The notes below the pieces were generated by a model that was given only the letters and a program-made list of their open reading frames with translations, made no database searches and had not been told where the DNA came from. From a virus: a stretch of DNA of 52,030 nt. The stretch spans positions 1-52,030 of the IMG/VR virus record IMGVR_UViG_3300018063_000006; one strand, 5' to 3'. Below are positions 42,755 through 50,611 of the stretch, piece by piece (the first letter of the stretch is position 1; each line of letters opens with the position of its first letter). Both the position numbers and the translations under genes were made by a program.

Positions 42755-42939
42755 ATCCGACACAGCGCTTCGGCTGCGGCGACACCGATGTCGCGCTGCT
42801 GAATGAGGCCCTCGACTTCCGCCAAGGCTCCACCAACAGCCGTGATTTGCTCCTTGTACCGCTCGGCGGCGAGAGCCGCTTCGGCGCGAAGCTGATTGAG
42901 TCCCTGTTGTAACCGCGTTCTCTCTGCGTCGAGGTCCAT
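42745..42939 (-). CDS. Coiled-coil protein (64 aa)
   Basis: GGAAGG SD. Heptad-like sequence. Confidence 0.45.
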   Translation of the reverse strand: MDLDAERTRLQQGLNQLRAEAALAAERYKEQITAVGGALAEVEGLIQQRDIGVAAAEALCRICA

Positions 42940-42949
42940 CCGTGCCTTC

Positions 42950-43453
42950 CTATAGTAGTTCGACTACGCTCGTGAACATCGTGATGCTGTTCGCAGCGTT
43001 AGCGGTGCCCCACTGAGCCGTGACCTGGATCAGGCCGTCGACGGTCGTGTCGACGGTCTGCGTGGCGGTCGCCACTAGTTCGAATGACTTTTGTGCGAGA
43101 CCTGAATCATCGAATAAGATAACCCAGCCCTCTGGCGCAGCCTTACCGCTCGCTCCGACCGAAGAGAACACCAACAGCACGTCGACACCGAAGACATGCG
43201 ACGCGGCGTTTGCTATCGGGCACGTCTGCGCGCCCGAGTCGAGGATCGTCGACGCGCCGATCTTGACGCGGATACGAAGGGTCGGCGGGATGAGCGTCGT
43301 ACTGTAGAACCCGCGCATGACGATACGCAGCGCCGTTCCGATGACGACCTCGTTCGCAGGCAACGAAATCTGCTCGGCGGTCGGGAACAGTGTGTTCTCG
43401 ACGACCGAATTGTCGAGCGTCTTCGACTGCGTAGTGACGTGGAGGGTTGCCAT
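42950..43453 (-). CDS. Beta-sandwich protein downstream of the tail fibre (167 aa)
   Basis: TAATG overlap with the tail-fibre stop. Confidence 0.5.
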   Translation of the reverse strand: MATLHVTTQSKTLDNSVVENTLFPTAEQISLPANEVVIGTALRIVMRGFYSTTLIPPTLRIRVKIGASTILDSGAQTCPIANAASHVFGVDVLLVFSSVGASGKAAPEGWVILFDDSGLAQKSFELVATATQTVDTTVDGLIQVTAQWGTANAANSITMFTSVVELL

Positions 43454-44961
43454 TAGAGGTTTGCCCACACGCCAGCTATACGCCCCTGGAGCGTGTTCGT
43501 AGTCGTGTTGTAGAGGATCATACCGTTGACGGCGGTCAGGGCATCGCGCTGAGTCGTCGTCATGCGCGAGGGCAGAAAGGCCTTCGTGGTGCTTTGAATC
43601 TCAATCCCGACCGACGTGTTGGTCGGCCCAGCGTTGGCACCGTTGACGATGTAGCCCACATGGCGCATGCCGACCGTCGCGCCAGATGATCGCAGTGATA
43701 AGGGCGTCGTCGTGTTGACCGATGTATCTTCGACATCGAGGGCAACGTCGAGCGTAATCGCCGGCGTCCCGAACATCGTCGCATTGTCGTGCCAGAAGCC
43801 GCGTCGAGTGCCGATGTTGAGGGCGCCAGCAGTCTCGCGGAACGTCGGACGCGAGAGAATCGTGAAGACGTCGCTGATCGTGAACGTACCACCGGCAAGG
43901 ACGTTCTCGAACTCACGTATGTCGGTCATGCAGCTGGAGTCAGTCAGCGTTCCCGTACCGCTGGCAACGTTGTATCGCATCCGCGCCGTGATGACGTTTT
44001 GGATGAAGCCGAAGGGCGCTACTCCCGCCGTCTGCGACTCGTAGGTCGGCCGCATACGGAGAAGGATCGCGTTGCCGAGGCCGTTCGCGACCGTATTTAC
44101 CATCGTCCCCGATACGTCGAGGGTAGAGATGACGGTGCCGTTGAGCCCCCCAGTCGATCCTGGCGTAATGCCGCTCACGTCCATCGACAAGGCGTTGATC
44201 GTAGCCGCCACGATGACTCCGGACGGCGTAGCGATGATAGTCGGGGCGAAGTGGTAGCCGGAGAGAATCGACTCGCCCGACGACGGGCTCATTACTAAGG
44301 TAGCGGCAAATTGTGCGACTCTTGTAGCGCCAGCAACCGAAAGGTCAGGGATCGACGGCCACCACTGTTGGGCGTCGTCGAAGATCAGGTCACCCTTAGT
44401 CGCGTGCGACGTCGACTGAAGTGTAGCGTCGTCGCCGGCGCCAGTGCCGCCGATACCGACCTGGCCGCCGGGCCGACCCGCCAGGAGCCAGAACTGCGTA
44501 TGCCCGGCGTCGCCAGTCGTAAGACCGGCGAGCGTGGAGTGAGTGATGCCGCCGGGGACGACGGCCGCGGAGAGCGTCGGGTTCCCAGCAACACCGTCGG
44601 CGTTCGCGATCGTCAGGTCGATCGACCCAGTGTCGGTGACAGCAATCGACCGCTGGACCCAGGTGTCGGCGGCGCTCCGCACAGCGATGCCGGTGCCAAC
44701 AAGCGCCTCAAGCGCCGCGAGGTCGTTAGCGAGCGCGAACGTCGGGTCGCCCAGGACGCCACCGGGGTTGGCGATCGTGATGCCGGCCGCAGGTGGCTGG
44801 AGTGTGCGCAGCGCCCACGTTCCGGCTGCGGTGCGACACGCGATGCCCGTCCCGATAAGGGCCGAGATCGCCGTCAGGTCGTCATCGAACGGCTGGGCTC
44901 CGCCAACGCCAAGGACGCTAGTGCGCTGCAAATCTCCAGTGAAAGGATTGAGCAGCGACAT
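43453..44961 (-). CDS. Tail fibre protein (502 aa)
   Basis: N-terminal repeats (DDLTAISALIGTGIACRTAAGTWALRTL / NDLAALEALVGTGIAVRSAADTWVQRSI). C-terminal RMTTTQRDAL...ILYNTTTNTLQGRIAGVW. Confidence 0.7.
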   Translation of the reverse strand: MSLLNPFTGDLQRTSVLGVGGAQPFDDDLTAISALIGTGIACRTAAGTWALRTLQPPAAGITIANPGGVLGDPTFALANDLAALEALVGTGIAVRSAADTWVQRSIAVTDTGSIDLTIANADGVAGNPTLSAAVVPGGITHSTLAGLTTGDAGHTQFWLLAGRPGGQVGIGGTGAGDDATLQSTSHATKGDLIFDDAQQWWPSIPDLSVAGATRVAQFAATLVMSPSSGESILSGYHFAPTIIATPSGVIVAATINALSMDVSGITPGSTGGLNGTVISTLDVSGTMVNTVANGLGNAILLRMRPTYESQTAGVAPFGFIQNVITARMRYNVASGTGTLTDSSCMTDIREFENVLAGGTFTISDVFTILSRPTFRETAGALNIGTRRGFWHDNATMFGTPAITLDVALDVEDTSVNTTTPLSLRSSGATVGMRHVGYIVNGANAGPTNTSVGIEIQSTTKAFLPSRMTTTQRDALTAVNGMILYNTTTNTLQGRIAGVWANL

Positions 44962-44964
44962 CGG

Positions 44965-45174
44965 TCAGGTCTCGTAGATCAGGCCAACACGCGCGGTCCA
45001 CACGTTGTCGAAGTTCGTGTTCCCGTCGACCCAATTCAGCTCGAGCGTTCGCTGGCTTCCGTCGACCGTTTCCTTGACGATGCGCCACAGCGCCGTACCC
45101 TCGGCGGTCCCCGGCTCGGCCCAACCGTGATAGACCGTGCTTGGCGTCGATATGTAGTCGCCGCGGTACTTCAC
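44965..45174 (-). CDS. Hypothetical protein (69 aa)
   Basis: ORF-track entry. GTG start. Confidence 0.45.
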   Translation of the reverse strand: MKYRGDYISTPSTVYHGWAEPGTAEGTALWRIVKETVDGSQRTLELNWVDGNTNFDNVWTARVGLIYET

Positions 45175-45500
45175 GGCCGCACCGCCGGCGACACCGACGG
45201 CTGTGCAATCTTCGTGATGCCGCGCATAGCGCCGGCTACGCCAGTCAACGAGCGAAGGTGCGTCGGCAGAGTGTGCCGAGGCTGCGTCGCGGTAGGCGCG
45301 GCGCCGCTAGCGGGCACGTCGGGCGAAGCCGCCGCGGCTCCTGCATCAGGCGAAGTCCCCATCGCCGCGTCGAGCTTCTCCTCGATCCGTTCGAGCCACG
45401 CAAAGATGAGCTGGAACGATTCGGTCGCGCTCAGGTGGCCGCCGAGACTGGCGCGGCGCCGAAGGGTGTCGGCGAGCACCTTCTCGTAGAGGCCCACCAT
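45171..45500 (-). CDS. Hypothetical protein (109 aa)
   Basis: ORF-track entry. Confidence 0.45.
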   Translation of the reverse strand: MVGLYEKVLADTLRRRASLGGHLSATESFQLIFAWLERIEEKLDAAMGTSPDAGAAAASPDVPASGAAPTATQPRHTLPTHLRSLTGVAGAMRGITKIAQPSVSPAVRP

Positions 45501-45504
45501 GGGG

Positions 45505-45810
45505 TTAGCTCCGGTTCAAGTCGAGGTACAGATACAGAATGCCGCGATCGAGCACCGGAACCCGCAGCCCGTGCAGGTAAAGCGGAGCCCCGCTCTCGTG
45601 CTGGAACTGCGCCGAGCCTAGATCGTTCACCGACTCCCACACGACGTCGCCCTCACCGTTGGCGATCTGCACGTTGTCAGTGGCGACGCCCGCGGCGGTC
45701 ACGACCCAGCGGACCAGCTCGATGCGGACTTTGTCGGTGGCGATGTTGGTCGCCGACGCCGTGTCGATGACCCAAACGTTGCCTTCGTTGCGGGTGAGAT
45801 CGTTGGCCAT
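45505..45810 (-). CDS. Hypothetical beta-rich protein (101 aa)
   Basis: ORF-track entry. Confidence 0.5.
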   Translation of the reverse strand: MANDLTRNEGNVWVIDTASATNIATDKVRIELVRWVVTAAGVATDNVQIANGEGDVVWESVNDLGSAQFQHESGAPLYLHGLRVPVLDRGILYLYLDLNRS

Positions 45811-45813
45811 GGC

Positions 45814-46026
45814 TTACGCCTCCGGCTTCGCGCGGTCGGTCGAAAGTGGCGGAAGGTTCTGGTAGACGATCTCGCCGCGGCACTGGTCGAAGATGATCGC
45901 GAGGCGCGCAGCGGGATTGATCGCCACGGGCACGAAGCACGCCGTTGCCGGCGTAATGGTGCAGCCGGCGGCAGCAACGGCCAGGAAGACGAACATCGCC
46001 ACGGCGGCCCAGAGCGAGTCGCGCAT
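45814..46026 (-). CDS. Small lipoprotein (70 aa)
   Basis: MRDSLWAAVAMFVFLAVAAAGC carries a lipobox. TGATG overlap. Confidence 0.5.
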   Translation of the reverse strand: MRDSLWAAVAMFVFLAVAAAGCTITPATACFVPVAINPAARLAIIFDQCRGEIVYQNLPPLSTDRAKPEA

Positions 46027-46217
46027 CAGCCTGATGCTCCGCTCATGTAGACGATGGGCGGGTAGCCCCATGATGACTGCACCTGGATTGGCTGCGCGTT
46101 CGGCCGCCCGCAGACGTTGCAGTGGCCGCAGCCGGGGCAGACGTTCGGCATCGGCATCGGAACTGGGCTGAGCGGGATGAACGTGATCGACGGCGCTGTA
46201 GTTGACGGCACGTACAT
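46026..46217 (-). CDS. Pro/Cys-rich mini-protein (63 aa)
   Basis: Contains CPGCGHCNVCG. Overlapping start and stop. Confidence 0.45.
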   Translation of the reverse strand: MYVPSTTAPSITFIPLSPVPMPMPNVCPGCGHCNVCGRPNAQPIQVQSSWGYPPIVYMSGASG

Positions 46218-46417
46218 CACTTCTTGTCCTTCACAAACCACGGCGCTCGGGTATAGTCGCGGCAGAGCCCCTCACGCGAAGCCGCCTGGCGGTCGCGCAG
46301 GTCGATGTCGGCCGCCTCTTCCGCCATGACCCGATCGAGCGTCTTCTCCATCGGGTCTTCGTAGTTTGGGCACGCCGGCGGCGGGCCGTTGTCGTTCACC
46401 TTGCGCAGATTCGGCAT
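46217..46417 (-). CDS. Hypothetical protein (66 aa)
   Basis: ORF-track entry. Confidence 0.45.
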   Translation of the reverse strand: MPNLRKVNDNGPPPACPNYEDPMEKTLDRVMAEEAADIDLRDRQAASREGLCRDYTRAPWFVKDKK

Positions 46418-46659
46418 CAGTAGTTCACTCCAAACTTCGTCTTGTCGGTTCGCGGGTTGCCTGCCGCCTCGTGCAGGGCGCGAATCTCGGCGTCGCTCAG
46501 GCCCTTACCGACGAGCCCCGTACGCTCAGTCGGCTGCCCCGCCGGCATCGCCGACTCGAAGCCCCCACCGCCGGTCGACCGCAACGGCGATTCCGTGGCG
46601 CCCTTCATGCGCTTCATGGACTCACGGTCGCGCTTGCGACGCTCGGCATCATACGGCAT
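46417..46659 (-). CDS. Hypothetical basic protein (80 aa)
   Basis: ORF-track entry. Confidence 0.45.
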   Translation of the reverse strand: MPYDAERRKRDRESMKRMKGATESPLRSTGGGGFESAMPAGQPTERTGLVGKGLSDAEIRALHEAAGNPRTDKTKFGVNY

Positions 46660-46662
46660 CAG

Positions 46663-46839
46663 TTACTCGCCTCGCTGCGCACGGCGGCCTTCGCTGAGCG
46701 CGATGGCGACCGCCTGCTTGCGCTTCTTGACCTTCGACCCGCTGCCGGATCGAAGGCTGCCGCGCTTGTACTCGCTCATGACCTTGCCGACCTTGCGACG
46801 TCCGCGCCCGCTGCTGACCTTCACCACGCCAGCGGCCAT
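46663..46839 (-). CDS. DUF6496-like small basic protein (58 aa)
   Basis: EYKRGSLRSGSGSKVKKRKQAVAIALSEGRRA matches the pattern I recall for that family. Confidence 0.5.
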   Translation of the reverse strand: MAAGVVKVSSGRGRRKVGKVMSEYKRGSLRSGSGSKVKKRKQAVAIALSEGRRAQRGE

Positions 46840-47303
46840 TAGGCAGCCCTCCGAATCACAATTACCTTCTCGCGGCGACACTGTTTGCACATGCGATACT
46901 TGCCTAGATAGAGATACGTGTTCAGCGCGTCGAATGCATGTCCCTGCGGACAGTGCGTCTTCGGCTTCCGTCCCGAAGCGCACCAAGCCGCAAGCAGTTT
47001 CTTGACCTGATCTTGCCGCCGAGGACTGAGCAGTGTGTAGAGCGTCATCGACAAAGCCGCCGCGTATTTACCATTCAGCTCCCAGCGCCACAGCGGCTTC
47101 TTCGTAAGTGGACTGAGTGAACGTGCGCTGACGGACATGATGTATCCACCAAACAACGAGCGCAGCTTCAGCAGCGGCCATTCCTGAGCCTGACATGCCG
47201 ATACGCGAACCTTGCGCTCGTTGCGGCTCTTGCGGACGTGAGTAGTGAAGCTACCTTCACCGTCCAAGAAACCAGCCGTCCAATGAAGGTCGGCAGTGGT
47301 CAT
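46839..47303 (-). CDS. LAGLIDADG homing endonuclease, single motif, with C-terminal Cys/His finger
   Basis: WTAGFLDGEGSF motif. HCPQGH...CKQC. Lower GC than its neighbours. Confidence 0.75.
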   Translation of the reverse strand: MTTADLHWTAGFLDGEGSFTTHVRKSRNERKVRVSACQAQEWPLLKLRSLFGGYIMSVSARSLSPLTKKPLWRWELNGKYAAALSMTLYTLLSPRRQDQVKKLLAAWCASGRKPKTHCPQGHAFDALNTYLYLGKYRMCKQCRREKVIVIRRAA

Positions 47304-47483
47304 CTACTCACTGGTACCGGACTTCAGTGCCCTGTTTATTCCCCCAGACTTCACTGGATTGTCTTTGAGGGAACCGGAACTGTACGCCGGGCCGACCTTC
47401 ACTTCGGCCGCGGTGTCCTGGCCCTTGCCCTGGTCGTAGGTGTTCATGCTCTCGACGGGAACTTTCGTGACTGGCTGACTCAT
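47304..47483 (-). CDS. Hypothetical mini-protein (59 aa)
   Basis: ATG 47483 sits behind AAGGAGA. Confidence 0.45.
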   Translation of the reverse strand: MSQPVTKVPVESMNTYDQGKGQDTAAEVKVGPAYSSGSLKDNPVKSGGINRALKSGTSE

Positions 47484-47526
47484 GCGATGTCTCCTTCGGC
47501 GTTCGTAAAGCTGCCGGTATCGTCTC

Positions 47527-48192
47527 TCACGCTGCGCCGCGAGGCAGCGCGCTCGCAACAGGGGAGGGGCGTGATGCGCGAGCTTCGCGCTCGATGACAT
47601 CAGGCGGCGCTCCACTTTCCCGAAGGTAACGAAGGTACGCCGCGCGTTCGTCATCAACGCCAGCGCGCTTCGCGCGCAGCGGCATCAGCCGGCATACGCT
47701 GGCGAGCGTGTCGATCAAGTCCTTGCGAAAATTCATCGGGAACGTCGTGATCTCGGCCTTCAGCTCGAGCATCCCCGAGTCGTTGCCGAGCAGGAACAAC
47801 CGCCCATTTGCGACGAGCGGCTGCAACGTCGTGCGGATGCGAAAGTCCTTCTCCTGATTGCTCGGCTGCTTGACGCCGACGAGCGGCAAATGCCGATGCG
47901 AGAACAGGCGAAGCACGTCCGTCAGCAGCCCCGAGAAGGCGACTTCCTCGCAGCCGATCAGCTTCGGTCGGAAGCGCTCGTGGATCGAAGCCAGCGTATC
48001 GAGGAACTTCTCGGTCGAACACCGCGCGGCCCAGGCGTGCAGCACGAAGACACGGCCGAGATCGTCGCTGCCGGCGACAACGATGGCACTGCGCGACGCG
48101 ACGTTCTTGAGCCCTTCGGCGCGGCGCTTCGGCCCCGCTGGGTCAATGAAGCCGTAGAAGGGCTTGAGCTTTTCAAGTGGGAAGCTAGTCAT
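47527..48192 (-). CDS. terL: Terminase large subunit, nuclease (RNase-H-like) fragment
   Basis: FYGFIDPAG (first Asp), IGCEEVAF, FP.NFRKDLIDTL. A stand-alone 221-aa gene. Confidence 0.8.
   Translation of the reverse strand: MTSFPLEKLKPFYGFIDPAGPKRRAEGLKNVASRSAIVVAGSDDLGRVFVLHAWAARCSTEKFLDTLASIHERFRPKLIGCEEVAFSGLLTDVLRLFSHRHLPLVGVKQPSNQEKDFRIRTTLQPLVANGRLFLLGNDSGMLELKAEITTFPMNFRKDLIDTLASVCRLMPLRAKRAGVDDERAAYLRYLRESGAPPDVIEREARASRPSPVASALPRGAA
47550..47564 (-). promoter_or_regulatory. Late-arm 15-mer, copy 2 (top strand CGCTCGCAACAGGGG)
   Basis: Exact match to 37181-37195. Lies in the last codons of the terL nuclease gene, 66 nt upstream of ATG 47483. Confidence 0.65.
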
Positions 48193-48355
48193 CGCCCCGC
48201 AGCGTCTTCACGATCTCTCGCATCAGCGTCTCGCTGACCTCGATGACGTTCGTGCCTTCAGGCGCGTCCGGCCCGCGGCCGTGCAGCTCTGCGTTCAACG
48301 TCTCTTCCAGCGAAGCCGCCAGCATGCGGGCCGCGATCGTCTTCAGCCCCATCAT
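48185..48355 (-). CDS. Hypothetical mini-protein (56 aa), terL-splitting cassette
   Basis: Hand-translated. ATGA overlap upstream and an 8-nt overlap with the nuclease fragment's ATG. Confidence 0.4.
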   Translation of the reverse strand: MMGLKTIAARMLAASLEETLNAELHGRGPDAPEGTNVIEVSETLMREIVKTLRGDD

Positions 48356-48615
48356 CGCGCTCGCCGTGGGCCGTTGCGGACCTGCTGCTTCAGTTCCGCG
48401 AAGTTCTGCGCATCGGCTTCCGTGTGCGCTTCCAGCTTGGCCGCGACGACGTCGAGCGCGCCCTTAACTTCCGCAACCTTCTCTCGCGTCGCACCATTCT
48501 GCTCGACGGCCTTGACTTCGTTCGTGGCGAGGCGTCGATGGAGTGTCCACGTCGCGCCGACGATCGACACGATGATCGACACTGCAACGCCGAGAAAGGA
48601 GAGCGCACTGTCCAT
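48352..48615 (-). CDS. Membrane-anchored coiled-coil protein (87 aa), terL-splitting cassette
   Basis: N-terminal helix FLGVAVSIIVSIVGATW followed by heptads. Confidence 0.5.
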   Translation of the reverse strand: MDSALSFLGVAVSIIVSIVGATWTLHRRLATNEVKAVEQNGATREKVAEVKGALDVVAAKLEAHTEADAQNFAELKQQVRNGPRRAR

Positions 48616-48617
48616 GA

Positions 48618-48824
48618 CTACGCGGCCTTCGGCGAAGCGAACAGCAGCACGGCGTCGCGCCCGATGAAGCCCCAGACGCTAATTGCTGGCTCGTGATAGA
48701 AGACGAAGTCGCCGGGCTCGGGGCTGCACTGCTTCTTGTACAGCTCGAGCGCCGCATCGCGGGCCTCGAGCGTGGGTGCTAGCTCGGGTAGCCAGTGCGC
48801 CGTGACGGCGAAGGCTGCGTTCAT
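48618..48824 (-). CDS. Hypothetical protein (68 aa), terL-splitting cassette
   Basis: ATGA overlap at 48824. Confidence 0.45.
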   Translation of the reverse strand: MNAAFAVTAHWLPELAPTLEARDAALELYKKQCSPEPGDFVFYHEPAISVWGFIGRDAVLLFASPKAA

Positions 48825-49069
48825 TCGACGATCCAATCACGAACGCTGAAAGCCCCGGTCGAAGCCGTCAGCTTTAGCTGCGGAACGCAGTCACCTTCGG
48901 GCACGACCCCAAAGCTATCGTGTGTGAACACCATGATAATATTCTTCGTCCATGGGTCCTTGAAGATGTCGTCGATCTTCGCATCAGTCGGCGCTTGCTG
49001 AAGCGCCTCGATCAGCCTGCCGACGGTGCAGGATCGAAACAGCTCCAATGCCGCGAATCGTCCGTTCAT
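48821..49069 (-). CDS. Hypothetical protein (82 aa), terL-splitting cassette
   Basis: ATG 49069 sits behind GGAGGA. ATGA overlap with the ATPase fragment's stop. Lower-GC core. Confidence 0.5.
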   Translation of the reverse strand: MNGRFAALELFRSCTVGRLIEALQQAPTDAKIDDIFKDPWTKNIIMVFTHDSFGVVPEGDCVPQLKLTASTGAFSVRDWIVE

Positions 49070-50424
49070 GCGTCCTCCACGAGGGGTTTCATCAGTCGCG
49101 CATGCTCCGGCGCGCGCCCCCCGCCACGCACACCCTTGATGTAGTCGAGCCGCTTGCGGCTCAGCCCGCTCGCCGACTTCGCCTGGTCGCAGTAGTCGAG
49201 GTACTCGGTGAGCGTCATCCCGCGGCCACCATTCGGCGGCTCGACTTCGCCCGTCAGCGCGGAGCGCATCGTCTTCGCCAGCGTCGCGTCGCGATCGTCC
49301 TCGCTGATCCACACCATGCCACTGCGCAGTTCGTATTCTCGAAGATCGGCCGCACTGAAGTCCACGAGTGCGCTATCGCTGACGCTGTTCATGTAGAGCA
49401 GCCAGAACATCGACCCGTGCTGCTTCATCAACTGCTCGATCGCGCCCGGCTTGCCGAAGTCGGTCAGCTCATCACGCGAGTTTTGCGGGTAGATGACGCG
49501 GCTGCCATCGACGACTTGTCGCCACTCAGGATTCACGTCGACCGTTGGGTCGTTGTTCTCAATGTGGTCGATGAGATCGCCGACGGCCCAGCGCGTGCCG
49601 GCGATGAACTCAAGCGGGTTGGCGCCCTGCGACGCCAACAGCGCGCGGACGTTCTCGTGCCAGCGGATCGCAGCGTGCATGACGACAACGCTATTCGCCG
49701 CCGCTTCGGTCGTGATGTCGTCCTTGATGAGGCAGCTCGGATGCGCGCCGGTGATGGCGCCGCCGACGCCGATCGCGCGCAGCGTCGGGTCGGGCCACTC
49801 GCGCTTCCGCGGCACGATCATCTCGGTGTCGTTCCACTTCTTCGACTGCCGCTTTGGGTTGTCCCAAGCGACGTGCGGCCAGAGTGCGCGCAGCAACGTC
49901 GAGTTGACGAGATGGTCCTCAACGACGCGAAGATGGTCCTGCGCTCGGTCGATCTTCTCGCCCGCCAGAAGGATGCGCGTGTCGGTACCCGGCTGGCCGG
50001 GGAAGTAAATGTTCCCGTCCTCGGGCTGCACGATCATGTGCAACGGCAACGCCTGACAGACGAGCGTCGACTTGCAATGGCCACGGGGCGTCACGAGTGC
50101 CTTGCGATGCGGCGGCACGCGCTGGAGCCAGGCGCAGATGAGCCGGTGCAGCGGCGGGTAGAGCCACCACTGATCCAACACGCCGAAGGCGAAGAAGAAG
50201 AGATCGCGCTCGGCGCGCTGGCGGAACGCGCGCACGGTGGTGCCTTCGGCCGCGGTCGCGCCGGCCTGGCGAGCCTGCCCGTTCCGCTGCACGACGATCT
50301 CTTCGCGCGGCGAGCGCTCCAGCTCGGGCGAGGGCACTCCCGTTTCCTCGCCTTCCAGCTCGGGGACCGCAAAGCCCTCGCCCCGCAGCTTGTCGACCTC
50401 GCGACGGTCAAGCTGGGTGAACAT
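49066..50424 (-). CDS. terL: Terminase large subunit, ATPase fragment (452 aa)
   Basis: Walker A-like TPRGHCKST and Walker B-like CLIKDDI. No nuclease motifs. About 80-aa C-terminal tail. Confidence 0.8.
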   Translation of the reverse strand: MFTQLDRREVDKLRGEGFAVPELEGEETGVPSPELERSPREEIVVQRNGQARQAGATAAEGTTVRAFRQRAERDLFFFAFGVLDQWWLYPPLHRLICAWLQRVPPHRKALVTPRGHCKSTLVCQALPLHMIVQPEDGNIYFPGQPGTDTRILLAGEKIDRAQDHLRVVEDHLVNSTLLRALWPHVAWDNPKRQSKKWNDTEMIVPRKREWPDPTLRAIGVGGAITGAHPSCLIKDDITTEAAANSVVVMHAAIRWHENVRALLASQGANPLEFIAGTRWAVGDLIDHIENNDPTVDVNPEWRQVVDGSRVIYPQNSRDELTDFGKPGAIEQLMKQHGSMFWLLYMNSVSDSALVDFSAADLREYELRSGMVWISEDDRDATLAKTMRSALTGEVEPPNGGRGMTLTEYLDYCDQAKSASGLSRKRLDYIKGVRGGGRAPEHARLMKPLVEDA

Positions 50425-50611
50425 CGCTAAACTCGTCCGCGCATACCCAAAGTGGCCCAATGTGCAGAGCCCATAGCAAGCCGTCGTAGTAGTCGAAGCC
50501 CACGTAGAGATACGTCTTCTCGGGCCACGTATGCCGTGTATTCCAGCCCCACGACCAACGCGCCCAGCGGAGCAACCACCACACACGCTGATGAAAGTTG
50601 TACTCAGGCAT
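50408..50611 (-). CDS. Trp-rich mini-protein (67 aa)
   Basis: 8-nt overlap with the terS stop. The 3' end overlaps the terL ATG. Moderate GC3. Confidence 0.4.
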   Translation of the reverse strand: MPEYNFHQRVWWLLRWARWSWGWNTRHTWPEKTYLYVGFDYYDGLLWALHIGPLWVCADEFSDVHPA

